NCBI GenBank assembly: GCA_030649345.1 | Contig: JAUSKK010000018.1 | Location: forward strand, 18,655-50,654 | Length of the DNA: 32,000 nucleotides | Origin: Candidatus Iainarchaeum sp. | GTDB taxonomy: Archaea; Iainarchaeota; Iainarchaeia; Iainarchaeales; 0-14-0-20-34-12 | Direction: 5' to 3' | In this document: one piece after another, positions 1 to 8,855 of the stretch | Layout of the letters: every line of letters begins with the position of its first letter | Position numbering within the stretch: position 1 is the first letter of the stretch | Program-made: the position numbers and the translations under genes | Notes under the pieces: generated by a model | Seen by the model: the letters and a program-made list of their open reading frames with translations, nothing else | What the model was told of the DNA's origin: nothing | Database searches by the model: none

Positions 1-269
1 AATGAAACCTAAACCTATAAAAAAGTACGATACTGCGAAGTTGAAATTTAGATCTGTTAAGTCAAATTGTTATGGTCTGCAAGTTGGTTGGATTAATTCA
101 CTGGTGGCAGGTATTCTTCTTGGTTGTAATGGTTGCAGGCTGAATTTTAAGATAAAATCCGTAAACTGTTTTGAGTACTTATTTTGCTGGATTGTAGAAT
201 AATGCGTAGTTACCATTCAACTGTAGAATTAAGATATTTTTGAATTATTTTTTTGATGAACTTTAATTC

Positions 270-1562
270 TTATTCTTTTTTTGCCTGTTTAAAATGGTTT
301 ATTAAAAATGTCCAATCACTTTTTGCTGGAACAATCTTTAGTTTGAATTTCATTTTTTTCACATTCCAATATAAAAATCCAAAGAATAGTGCGTTACTCA
401 GTGCGCTAATTCCCAATATTCCTGCCAATCCGTACATTATTCCGGCAATGCTTCCTCCGATAAGGGTGAATAATATTGTTATTGTGTATCCTTGTGTAAG
501 CACCTGTACTTGGTTGGTGCTTTTGAATATAATGGTCAAAGGCCTAAATGCGGTTGTAAGATTAATTAGAATAAAAAATGGAATCAGCACAATGCCTCCT
601 GCAAAGGCTGGGAACAGAACTGTGATCAAAATAGGTCCAAGCAAACCCAATGAAATTGAAAATAAAACTGCAACGCCTAAGGAAAGCTTGAGTAAAAATG
701 AAATATAATTTTCCAATACTTTTGTGTCTGTTCCTTTTTCACTTGCGAATGTTAGCATTACTTCGTTTAATGCATTGAGCGGCATTTCAATGAAATTTGT
801 GCTGATTTTTTCCACCAAGTAATAAAAACCAAGTGAAGTTGTTTGAACAAAAATACCGAATAACAAAACATTAATTTGAGTTTGTCCTTTTTTCAAAAAA
901 TTGAATTTTATTGAATTTATTAAATATTTTTTTATTTCCTGGGTGTCAATGGGAATTTCTTGAACTGTTGTCTTCTTGAAATAGGCCCAAGCAGCCCAGG
1001 TGAATATCGTAAGTGATCCAATTTTTGCCAGAATAATTCCTAACAGTCCCAAAGGCCATAGAAATACAAAAGCAATTGCAAGCAATAAATTGATTAAGCT
1101 TTCTAAAAAGGAGAGTTTTAGTACCTTGCCGAATTGTTTTAATCCGCCGAATAATGCCGGAAATAAAAAGGATGCTGGGCTAAGTAAGACTATTCCACTG
1201 GCCCACAAAGTTAATTCTACTGAAGCTTTTTCAGTGGCTCCAATGAATAACGGGCCCAATACTAAGAATAACAAAAAACTAGCTATGGCCAATGCTATTT
1301 GCACTTTGAGCAGGGTTGTAAACACCTTGGTTGATTTCGTTTTTGCAGTAAACACATTGATGGTTTCAGAAATTGCTTCATTTCCGACTAAAAGTGCAAT
1401 TAATCCAGCTAAGTTTAAAAGATAGGAGACACTGCCGTATTGTTCTGGTCCAAAATAATTGGCAATCAAGTAAACATAAATTATTCCAAATAATAAACGT
1501 GCAATTTTGCCGGCATAAGAGAAAAAACTACTTTTGATAAAAAGATGAAGTGCATTGCTCAT
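270..1562 (-). CDS. Wzx/MOP-family polysaccharide (lipid-linked oligosaccharide) flippase
   Basis: 430 aa and hydrophobic throughout (about 12 TM spans by eye). The N-terminus SFFSYAGKIARLLFGIIYVYLIANYFGPEQYG resembles polysaccharide-biosynthesis/Wzx proteins. Its ATG overlaps the stop of the upstream GT gene (ATGA), which indicates an operon. Confidence 0.7.
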   Translation of the reverse strand: MSNALHLFIKSSFFSYAGKIARLLFGIIYVYLIANYFGPEQYGSVSYLLNLAGLIALLVGNEAISETINVFTAKTKSTKVFTTLLKVQIALAIASFLLFLVLGPLFIGATEKASVELTLWASGIVLLSPASFLFPALFGGLKQFGKVLKLSFLESLINLLLAIAFVFLWPLGLLGIILAKIGSLTIFTWAAWAYFKKTTVQEIPIDTQEIKKYLINSIKFNFLKKGQTQINVLLFGIFVQTTSLGFYYLVEKISTNFIEMPLNALNEVMLTFASEKGTDTKVLENYISFLLKLSLGVAVLFSISLGLLGPILITVLFPAFAGGIVLIPFFILINLTTAFRPLTIIFKSTNQVQVLTQGYTITILFTLIGGSIAGIMYGLAGILGISALSNALFFGFLYWNVKKMKFKLKIVPAKSDWTFLINHFKQAKKE

Positions 1563-2647
1563 AAGACTGCCTGTGCATAAATTTCGTTTAATTTTTTGAT
1601 TTCTTTTTGAATAGAATAATCCGCACTGCGTTCTTTCACTTTGAATTGTGCATGGTTTTGTTTTGTAAACTCTGCAATTACTTGACTGCTATTTTTTTGT
1701 GTGAAGTCCACTAAAAGTCCGTTTTTTCCATTTTCTAAAATGTCTTCAAATGCCGAAATTTTATTCAATATTGGAATGCAGCCTGCAGCCATTCCTTCAA
1801 TTACACTGACTCCAAATCCTTCGTATTCTGAAGCACTCATAAAAAATTCAGCTTTTGTGTATATTTCAACAAGCTGTGAATCGTTTATGTTTTCCAAAAT
1901 TTGAACCGATGTTCCTAAATTAAATTTCCGGATTTGTTGAACTAAGCTTGTTTTGATTCCATCAAAATCTTTTCCAACAATCCAAAGCTGTGCATTTTTG
2001 ATTTGTTTTTGCATTTCCGCAAATGTTTGAATTAACAAATCAATCCGTTTGTTTTTGGAAAAACGGCCTACGAACAAAAAAGTATTCGGCTGTTTTTCTT
2101 GTTTTCTGGTTTGAAATTTTTCAATATCCACTGGATTGGGAATTATTTTTATTTTTGATTCCGGAACTATTTGTGAAAAGATTTTGAAATCGTTTTCACT
2201 GTCTGCAATAATTAAAGACGCTTTTTTTAGCAAAAATTTTTGCAGTCCAAAAAAATAAATGCGTTTGTGCCATTTTTTGGGGTTGGTGTGAAATATTCCG
2301 CCATGCGTGTTTAGGATAATGGGTTTTTTGTGAATGAACCGGGTGAATAGTAAAAAATCGGAAAAAAAACTCAAACCATGAATATGCAATAAGTCGTAGG
2401 GTTTAATTTCAGAAAGTATTCCAAATGCCGGAAAATAATTTTTTAAATTAATGAAAGTCAATCTGCGAATCGCTAGTCCTTGATAGTTTTCTTTAATTGA
2501 AATGCATGCATTTTGTTTAGCGCATTTGTTTAAGCAAATTATAGTTACTTCGTGTTTTTTTATTAATTCTTTGCTGAGTGTTTCAACCACTTGTTCTATG
2601 CCTCCAATACACGGCCAAAAGTGATTGGTTATTTGTGCGATTTTCAT
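1559..2647 (-). CDS. Glycosyltransferase, GT-B fold, family 4-like
   Basis: 362 aa with the C-terminal EX7E-type motif SEYEGFGVSVIEGMAAGCIPI. It has the general GT4 layout (N-terminal KIAQITNHFWPCIGGIE). Confidence 0.85.
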   Translation of the reverse strand: MKIAQITNHFWPCIGGIEQVVETLSKELIKKHEVTIICLNKCAKQNACISIKENYQGLAIRRLTFINLKNYFPAFGILSEIKPYDLLHIHGLSFFSDFLLFTRFIHKKPIILNTHGGIFHTNPKKWHKRIYFFGLQKFLLKKASLIIADSENDFKIFSQIVPESKIKIIPNPVDIEKFQTRKQEKQPNTFLFVGRFSKNKRIDLLIQTFAEMQKQIKNAQLWIVGKDFDGIKTSLVQQIRKFNLGTSVQILENINDSQLVEIYTKAEFFMSASEYEGFGVSVIEGMAAGCIPILNKISAFEDILENGKNGLLVDFTQKNSSQVIAEFTKQNHAQFKVKERSADYSIQKEIKKLNEIYAQAVL

Positions 2648-2648
2648 T

Positions 2649-3632
2649 TTATCCCTTTCTTGAGTTTTGTACTAAGATTCCTTTTGCCAAACCAGCTAAG
2701 AAGGCTATAGTTCGCAGAAATAAAATGCATGGGGCAAGCACTGATAGTAAAATATTTCTGCGAGCTGCAAATAAAACAAACGGGGTCATGGTTATCAATA
2801 AGAAAATGATTGCCCAGATCGCTATAATTGCATAGATTTTTGCAAAAACAAATAATACTAATGAAATTCCTAGTACAATTGTAAAAATGAGCTGGAGTTT
2901 AAGTGTTCCTGGAGTATATGAATCATGCGAAATTTTTTTTGGGTGTTTTTTGTACAACAATACCCGCCAGTATGCATGTTGAAATTTTTTTTCCAAATAT
3001 TGAGTTAACGAAGTTGGGTGCTTGTGATAAACAATTGCATTTGGATTGAATATTAACTTGAATCCTTTTTCTTGCAAGCGATACGATAAATCCGAATCTT
3101 CGCCAGATGCTTTGGAGAATTGTTCATCAAATCCTTTTTCTTGCAAATAAATACTTTTCCGATATCCTGCGGAATATGTGCCAATCCAATCCAATTGTTT
3201 TGATTTTTTCATTCTTTCATATCTTTCTTCTATTTCAAGTTGTACAAATTGCGCCATCCATTCTTTCTGATGGGTTTTATAGGCTCCTTGAACTCCTGAA
3301 ATACTTTGATCTTCAAATGGCTGCAGCATTTCATTTAGCCAATTTTTTTCAGGAACACAATCAGAATCTGTAAAAATAAGTACTTCTCCTGAAGCTAGTT
3401 TAGCTCCAGTGTTTCTGGCCAATGCAGGCCCGGAATTTTTTTGCTGAATTAGTTTCGTTGTTTTGAATTTGTTTACAATGCCTGTTGTTTGATCTGTGCT
3501 GCCATCGTCTACAACAATTACTTCAAATTGTTCTTTTGGAAAGTTTTGATTTTGCAAAGCCATTAAAGTAGTGTCAATTGTTTTTTCAGCATTGTAGGCA
3601 GGAATAATTATGCTGGCTTTGATTCCAGCCAA
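2649..3632 (-). CDS. Glycosyltransferase family 2 with C-terminal transmembrane segments
   Basis: GT2 motifs SIIIPAYNAEKTI, EVIVVDDGSTDQT and FTDSDC. The C-terminal ~90 aa are hydrophobic. The start codon is TTG at 3632-3630, preceded by AAGGTG (Shine-Dalgarno-like) about 5 nt upstream. Confidence 0.85.
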   Translation of the reverse strand: MAGIKASIIIPAYNAEKTIDTTLMALQNQNFPKEQFEVIVVDDGSTDQTTGIVNKFKTTKLIQQKNSGPALARNTGAKLASGEVLIFTDSDCVPEKNWLNEMLQPFEDQSISGVQGAYKTHQKEWMAQFVQLEIEERYERMKKSKQLDWIGTYSAGYRKSIYLQEKGFDEQFSKASGEDSDLSYRLQEKGFKLIFNPNAIVYHKHPTSLTQYLEKKFQHAYWRVLLYKKHPKKISHDSYTPGTLKLQLIFTIVLGISLVLFVFAKIYAIIAIWAIIFLLITMTPFVLFAARRNILLSVLAPCILFLRTIAFLAGLAKGILVQNSRKG

Positions 3633-3764
3633 TTAATTCACCTTTTCAGCTAAAATAATCATTTCTTCCGAACCGCGGGGCAAACCAAGGTTTTCCCCCC
3701 AGTTTGAGGTTCGTCCTAACCCCCTTTCCTGTTTTAAAGGATTTATTTTATTTACAGTTTTCAT
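3633..3764 (-). CDS. Unlisted 43-codon small ORF (MKTVNKINPLKQERGLGRTSNWGENLGLPRGSEEMIILAEKVN), hypothetical
   Basis: Translated by hand because it is below the ORF-track size cutoff. Its ATG (3764-3762) overlaps the TGA of the upstream methyltransferase (ATGA). Its TAA (3635-3633) directly abuts the TTG start of the GT2 gene. The last 10 codons are a duplicate of the methyltransferase C-terminus. It could be an accidental product of the duplication. Confidence 0.3.
   Translation of the reverse strand: MKTVNKINPLKQERGLGRTSNWGENLGLPRGSEEMIILAEKVN
3640..3668. repeat. Direct repeat copy 1 (29 nt, accttttcagctaaaataatcatttcttc)
   Basis: Identical to 3771-3799 on direct reading of the sequence. 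Confidence 0.95.
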
Positions 3765-4345
3765 TCTTTGACCTTTTCAGCTAAAATAATCATTTCTTCT
3801 TGCAACGAATTGGGAAGAAAATGATGCATAATTTTCCGAATGGGAAACAGCCATTTTTTTTGTGAACCATCGCAGCTTTCTTCAGTGTAAGGCTGGCAGT
3901 AAAATTTTTGAATTTTTAATCCGTGTTTTTGCAATAATTCTGTAAGTTCTTGTTTTGTGAATAACGTAAAATGCAAAGGGGCGTGATAGGATTTAAACAT
4001 TCGGTTAATTAAGCTGTTGCGGTTGGGTGTAGTGATTATTATTTGTCCATTTTGTTTCAGAATTCGAGAACATTCTTTTACAAAATTTTCAGGAATATGC
4101 AAATGTTCTATTACTTCTCCGGCAACAATGCAGTCAAAAAAATTATTTTCAAAAGGAATGTGTTTTTCTGCATCGGCAATTTTGTAGTGTTCATTTTCTT
4201 GTTCTTTTTTTAATTCAGTGTCAATTCCATATAACTCTTTTTCTTCAATTTTGGCGCGAATGCTTTCATTTAATGTTCCAGACAAACAACCTACGTCTAA
4301 TACTTTGCCTTGGATTGTACTTAAAATAAATTGAACTCGATTCAT
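3761..4345 (-). CDS. Class I SAM-dependent methyltransferase
   Basis: 194 aa with motif I VLDVGCLSG, the post-II region DCIVAGEVIEHL and NGQIIITTPN. These are typical of the Methyltransf_11/23-type fold. Confidence 0.8.
   Translation of the reverse strand: MNRVQFILSTIQGKVLDVGCLSGTLNESIRAKIEEKELYGIDTELKKEQENEHYKIADAEKHIPFENNFFDCIVAGEVIEHLHIPENFVKECSRILKQNGQIIITTPNRNSLINRMFKSYHAPLHFTLFTKQELTELLQKHGLKIQKFYCQPYTEESCDGSQKKWLFPIRKIMHHFLPNSLQEEMIILAEKVKE
3771..3799. repeat. Direct repeat copy 2 (29 nt), lying in the 3' end of the methyltransferase CDS
   Basis: Identical to 3640-3668. On the minus strand it encodes EEMIILAEKV. Confidence 0.95.
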
Positions 4346-4382
4346 AGTATTACTTTGCCATAAAATAGAAATAAAAACCTAG

Positions 4383-5903
4383 TTATTGTGCTTGGGTTGT
4401 ACAGCAAGCATCTGTGCCAGCAACTATTTTTTCTTCTGGTAATTTGGTTCCTTGCAGTAAATATTTGAAGAATACTTTGGCAGACAATGCCAAGCGGGGA
4501 ATTTCTTTGGGGTGCAATAAACCTTGCTTTATTTTGCTGGCTACAAAACTGGGTCTTAAATAAAATTCTTTTCTGGCTTGATCGCATAATTCAACCAGTT
4601 CTTTGTTGCTTAAACCAGGTCTGGACACAATGGTATTGTGTTGTCCTTCAGGTGTTAACCATTCATCAAATTTGTGAGTAGTCATATATCCAGCTTCACT
4701 AAATTGCCGAAATGCTTCTGTGCCCGGATAAACCATGATGGGAAAAAATTGTGCTGTGTCTGGATCAATTTCTTTGGCAAACTGAATGGTTTCTTTGATA
4801 GTTTCTTTGGTTTCTCCATAATTGCCTAACATAAAACAGCCATGGACTAAAATTCCGGTTTGTTTGATGTCTTTCATGAATTTTCGAATTCCTTGGACTG
4901 TGGTTCCTTTTTTGACATTGTTTAAAATTTGCTGATTTCCAGATTCTACTCCAACACATACTTCGCGAGCTCCAGCTTTTTTCATTATTTTCAAAGTATC
5001 CAAATCTACGTCTGCGCGTGCATTGGAAGTAAATGTAACATCTAAATCTCGGTCAATAATTTCTTGACAAATGTCTCTAGTTCTTTTGCGGTCAGCAGTA
5101 AAAGTATCATCTTCTAACATAATGTCTTTTACGTAAGGTAAGTTTTCTGAAATCCATTGAAATTCGTCTACTACATTTTGTACACTGCGCGCCCTATACT
5201 CGTGTCCGTTCATGACTTGAGGAATAAAACAAAAAGTACATCTAAACGGACAACCTCTTCCTGTAACCACTGTAATTTCCGGCCATAAAACAGATGGATA
5301 AAAATAATCTTTAATATTCAAAAATTTGGCATATACTTGACTGACAAAAGGAAATTCTTCGTCCAATTCTTTTCCAGTAATTTCTCTTCGAGGCGCATTG
5401 TGCACAATTTTGTTTTGTTTTCTGTCTCGGAAAGTTAATCCATTGACTTGCTTTAAATCTTTTCCTTGTTCGATAACTTCTGCCAATTCTCGGATGGTGA
5501 AATCATATTCTGCTCTGGCAACGGAATCAATTTGTTCACTGATTTGCATGGTTTGATCTGGGGTTGCAGTAACATGAGATCCTACCAGCGTAGTAAAGCA
5601 ATCTGGAAATTCTTTTTTAATTTCTTCCAAGACATGGACATCATTGTATATACTGGCTGTACTGGTATCAATGACTGCAAGTTCTGGCTTGAATTTTTTT
5701 ACAATTTCCATGGTTTGTTCTAAATTTTGAGAAGCTGCGGGTGCATCGTGCAATAAACAAGTATGGCCTGCGTTCATTACTGCGCCCGTAGTATATCCTA
5801 AATAAATTGGATAATAAACACAGCCGCCTTTGCTGACTGCAGGACTTCTGGATTGTCGTGTGTATCGATTTAAAAACGGTGGATTTAATGTTAAAACTCT
5901 CAT
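4383..5903 (-). CDS. B12-binding-domain radical SAM protein (class B radical SAM, methylase-like)
   Basis: 506 aa. The N-terminal ~130 aa resemble a cobalamin-binding Rossmann domain (ELAVIDTSTASIY...LVGSHVTATP). The radical SAM cluster motif is GRGCPFRCTFC (CxxxCxxC). Confidence 0.85.
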   Translation of the reverse strand: MRVLTLNPPFLNRYTRQSRSPAVSKGGCVYYPIYLGYTTGAVMNAGHTCLLHDAPAASQNLEQTMEIVKKFKPELAVIDTSTASIYNDVHVLEEIKKEFPDCFTTLVGSHVTATPDQTMQISEQIDSVARAEYDFTIRELAEVIEQGKDLKQVNGLTFRDRKQNKIVHNAPRREITGKELDEEFPFVSQVYAKFLNIKDYFYPSVLWPEITVVTGRGCPFRCTFCFIPQVMNGHEYRARSVQNVVDEFQWISENLPYVKDIMLEDDTFTADRKRTRDICQEIIDRDLDVTFTSNARADVDLDTLKIMKKAGAREVCVGVESGNQQILNNVKKGTTVQGIRKFMKDIKQTGILVHGCFMLGNYGETKETIKETIQFAKEIDPDTAQFFPIMVYPGTEAFRQFSEAGYMTTHKFDEWLTPEGQHNTIVSRPGLSNKELVELCDQARKEFYLRPSFVASKIKQGLLHPKEIPRLALSAKVFFKYLLQGTKLPEEKIVAGTDACCTTQAQ

Positions 5904-5928
5904 CTCAGTCCCCTTGTATGTATTATAC

Positions 5929-5936
5929 TATATAAA
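5929..5936 (-). promoter_or_regulatory. Candidate archaeal TATA box (TTTATATA on the minus strand) for the radical-SAM operon
   Basis: It lies ~25 nt upstream of the ATG at 5903, which implies a leaderless or very short-leader mRNA. Based on the motif only. Confidence 0.35.
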
Positions 5937-5970
5937 ATCGAGTTTATTTAAAGCCTATAGTACAAACTTG

Positions 5971-6705
5971 TTATTTTTGCACCTGTTTTTCCCAAACTTT
6001 TTGACTGGCTTCCCATAATTCATTGGTAGTGCCTGCATCCATCCATGCTTTGGATAATTTACTGGCTTTTAATTGTCCTTTTTCAATATAGTGATTGTGA
6101 ATGTCAGTAACTTCTAATTCTCCGCGTGCGCTTGGTTTTAAGTTTTGAATAACTTTGAATACATCCGGGGTATACATATAAACTCCAATTGAAATCCAAT
6201 GAGTTAATGGTTCTTTGGGTTTTTCTACAACCTTGATTATGGTTTCTCCATCTAAAATTGCAACTCCGCTTTTTTGTGCTTGTTCTCGGGTTCCTTCATA
6301 AATTAAAATTCGAGATAATTCAGTTTCTTTTTCAAATGTTTTAACAAAAGGCTGAATATTGTCAAATAAAATATTATCTCCATTGATGGATACAAATTTA
6401 CTGTTTCCTATAAAATTTTCAGCCAAACCAATGGCTTGAGGAATTCCTCCAGCTTCATCTTGTATTCGGAAAGTAAATTTAACTCCAAAATCTTTTCCAC
6501 TGCCCAGTAAACTAAAAACATCTCCTGCATGTTCTTTTCCAGTGATTACTAAAATTTCAGTTATGCCTGCTTGTTTGAGTGTTTCAATTGGATAAAAAAT
6601 CATAGGCTTATTGTAGACTGGCAATAAGTGTTTGTTGGTAACCGCTGTTAACGGACGCAATCTAGAACCTGTTCCACCTGCTAAAATAATTCCTTTAAGT
6701 GCCAT
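5971..6705 (-). CDS. rmlA: Sugar-1-phosphate nucleotidylyltransferase, short-form glucose-1-phosphate thymidylyltransferase-like
   Basis: 244 aa with the N-terminal signature KGIILAGGTGSRLRPLT. Also GGIPQAIGLA and VEKPKEP. Confidence 0.8.
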   Translation of the reverse strand: MALKGIILAGGTGSRLRPLTAVTNKHLLPVYNKPMIFYPIETLKQAGITEILVITGKEHAGDVFSLLGSGKDFGVKFTFRIQDEAGGIPQAIGLAENFIGNSKFVSINGDNILFDNIQPFVKTFEKETELSRILIYEGTREQAQKSGVAILDGETIIKVVEKPKEPLTHWISIGVYMYTPDVFKVIQNLKPSARGELEVTDIHNHYIEKGQLKASKLSKAWMDAGTTNELWEASQKVWEKQVQK

Positions 6706-6843
6706 ACTGAATTCCCACTAATGTAATATGAAAGGGAATGATTTTAATTTATTGGTATGCTGTTCATGGCCTTGAATATTGGTAACTGCTGTGAAGTATT
6801 AATCAAAGATAGCTTTTTATTTGTTCAATCCATTGATTTCAAT

Positions 6844-7881
6844 ATGGTTAAGGTTCTGTTGACGCACGAAAGCTTTTCTGCAGTTAAAGCAGGTCAGGAA
6901 GTTTATTCAGAACAATTAAAAAAAGCATTTCCTGATCTCGAAATCCTAAATTTTCAGAATTCCAAAACTTTTTCACAATTGGAATGGCTTTCTGTTTTGC
7001 GCGAGCCATTGCATGCCAAAGCCGTGCAGGATCATTTTGTAAAAGAATTGAATTCTTTGAATCCTGAATTGGTTTTTGTAAACGGAATGTTCGGTTGGAA
7101 TTTAAATAATTTAAAAAAACAAATTCCAATTATTGGTATTAATCATGGGACATTTTCGGCTTTAGCGGATTGTTCATTTCAGCGAAACCTAAACTATTTT
7201 CGCACCCGTTATCTGTACAGCTGGTTCGAGAAAAAAAGTTTTCAAAACTGCTCCAAGATTGTTTCAAATTCCAGTTTTTCAGATTTTAACTTGAAAAAAT
7301 ATTATCATCTGAACAGTACTGTAATTGGCAATGCGATTGATGCCCATATGTTTAATTCTTTGAATAAAGAAAAAATGCGCATGGAATTAAATTTGCCTTT
7401 GGATAAAAAAATTATTTTGTTTGTTGGCCGCGCTGATTATTCGAAAGGATTTGATGTGGTGAAGCAATTAATGGATTTGCATAAAGATTGCTTGTTTGTC
7501 TGCATTACTTTTCCAAAAATATTTGTTCATAAATCCAATGTTTTATGCGTAAATCCGATGGAACAGTCTCAATTGGCTAAATACTATTCTGCCAGTGATG
7601 TGGTTGTATTTCCTTCGCGCTTTGAAGGTTTTGGATATGTTTCCATTGAAGCTTTAGCCTGTAATATTCCGGTAGTTGCATATTTTACTGGAATTGTTCA
7701 AGACTTGAATCATCCTTTGCTTTATAAAGTCCAACATTTTTCCGTTGCAAACTTTTCCAAAGGTTTAAACTATGCTTTAGCTCATTTTCCGGAAAAAGAT
7801 TATTCGGAAATCATTCGAACGCAGTTTGGTTTGCCAAAATTTATTCAAAAGTTTCAAAATCTTGCAAAAACAATTATTTAA
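6844..7881 (+). CDS. Glycosyltransferase, GT4-like
   Basis: EX7E-type motif FPSRFEGFGYVSIEALACNIPVV. The ORF track starts at 6757, but the ATG at 6844 (MVKVLLTHE...) gives a typical GT4 N-terminus. Confidence 0.75.
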   Translation: MVKVLLTHESFSAVKAGQEVYSEQLKKAFPDLEILNFQNSKTFSQLEWLSVLREPLHAKAVQDHFVKELNSLNPELVFVNGMFGWNLNNLKKQIPIIGINHGTFSALADCSFQRNLNYFRTRYLYSWFEKKSFQNCSKIVSNSSFSDFNLKKYYHLNSTVIGNAIDAHMFNSLNKEKMRMELNLPLDKKIILFVGRADYSKGFDVVKQLMDLHKDCLFVCITFPKIFVHKSNVLCVNPMEQSQLAKYYSASDVVVFPSRFEGFGYVSIEALACNIPVVAYFTGIVQDLNHPLLYKVQHFSVANFSKGLNYALAHFPEKDYSEIIRTQFGLPKFIQKFQNLAKTII

Positions 7882-8854
7882 CTGAATTTTTCCACCAATG
7901 AGAATTATTTTTATACCATTCAATGGTTGAATGCAATGCTCTCGCAAATTCATGTTTGGGTTTCCAGCCCAATTCTTTTTGAATTTTAGTACAATCCAAG
8001 GAATATCTGAAATCGTGCCCAAGTCTATCCTGTACAAATTGGATCATCTCTTTTCCTTGGCCCAATTCTTCTAAGATCATTTGGGTTAATTCAATATTTT
8101 CAATTTCATTTCCGCCGCCAATGTTGTAAACTTCTCCATTTCTTCCTTGATGCAAGCAAAGCTCAAGTGCTTCACAATTGTCTAGAACATACAGCCAATC
8201 TCGAATTTGTTTTCCTTGCCCATATACTGGAACTTTTTTTCCTTGCAGTAAGTTGGTTACAAATAAAGGAATAACTTTTTCAGGATATTGATAAGGCCCA
8301 AATTGATTGCTGGATCTAGTAATAATTACAGGTAGATCGTAGGTTGCAAAAAAACTATAGGCTAACCGGTCAGCTCCGGCTTTGCTGGCACTGTATGGAT
8401 TTCGAGGCATTAGCAAACTTTCTTCTGTGAAACTCCCTTCTTTAATCTGCCCATAGACTTCATCTGTGCTAATTTGCAAAAATTTTTTCACATTTTGTTT
8501 TCGTGCTTGTTCCAATAACACAAATGTTCCAAAAACATCTGTTTGGATAAATTGGGTTGGATCCTGAATGCTCCGATCCACATGAGATTCTGCTGCAAAA
8601 TTGATTACTGCGTCACAATTGTGCATTGCTTGTTCAACTATTTTTTTGTTGCAAATATCTCCTTTTATGAAAGTGTACCTATTTTTTGTTTCCGGATTGT
8701 TTTCAATATCTTGAAGACTTTCTTTTCGTCCGCAGTAAGTTAGTTTGTCCAAATTCACAATTTGGGTTTCTGCGTGTTTTTCCAGGTACTGTCGGATAAA
8801 ATTGGAGCCAATAAATCCTGCTCCGCCGGTTACTAGAATTTTTTCAAAATTCAT
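7874..8854 (-). CDS. rmlB: dTDP-glucose 4,6-dehydratase
   Basis: ILVTGGAGFIGSNFIR (NAD-binding), YSASKAGADRL (YxxxK) and VYGQGKQIRDWLYV. The ATG at 8854 follows the Gmd stop. The track start at 8875 is a TTG that would overlap Gmd. Confidence 0.85.
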   Translation of the reverse strand: MNFEKILVTGGAGFIGSNFIRQYLEKHAETQIVNLDKLTYCGRKESLQDIENNPETKNRYTFIKGDICNKKIVEQAMHNCDAVINFAAESHVDRSIQDPTQFIQTDVFGTFVLLEQARKQNVKKFLQISTDEVYGQIKEGSFTEESLLMPRNPYSASKAGADRLAYSFFATYDLPVIITRSSNQFGPYQYPEKVIPLFVTNLLQGKKVPVYGQGKQIRDWLYVLDNCEALELCLHQGRNGEVYNIGGGNEIENIELTQMILEELGQGKEMIQFVQDRLGHDFRYSLDCTKIQKELGWKPKHEFARALHSTIEWYKNNSHWWKNSVK

Positions 8855-8855
8855 A

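Noticed and set aside
2-202. 66-aa plus-strand ORF at the left edge (MKPKPIKKYDTAKLKF...)
   Set aside because: I recognise no motif and see no clear start context, and its composition is odd. It could be the tail of a gene that begins outside the window, but I cannot support a call. The minus strand here is full of stops in all frames.
253-1425. Plus-strand ORFs 253-708 and 1000-1425, antisense to the flippase gene
   Set aside because: These are shadow ORFs on the opposite strand of a well-supported membrane-protein CDS. The same reasoning applies to 19668-20246, 20316-20627, 20992-21381, 22045-22296, 14741-14977, 15236-15643, 17616-17975 and the other short antisense ORFs in the track.
4342-4587. 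81-aa minus-strand ORF overlapping the 3' end of the radical SAM gene in another frame
   Set aside because: It lies almost wholly inside a strongly supported CDS and has low-complexity, basic composition. It is most likely spurious.
3633-5903. Interpreting the radical SAM, methyltransferase, small ORF, GT2 and exporter set as a RiPP or glycocin-type peptide cluster
   Set aside because: The GT2 has a polytopic C-terminus and the exporter is a Wzx-type flippase, so both fit lipid-linked glycan assembly. The peptide has no Cys or obvious leader/core features, and one quarter of it is a duplicated gene tail. The idea is kept only as a low-probability alternative inside the small-ORF finding.
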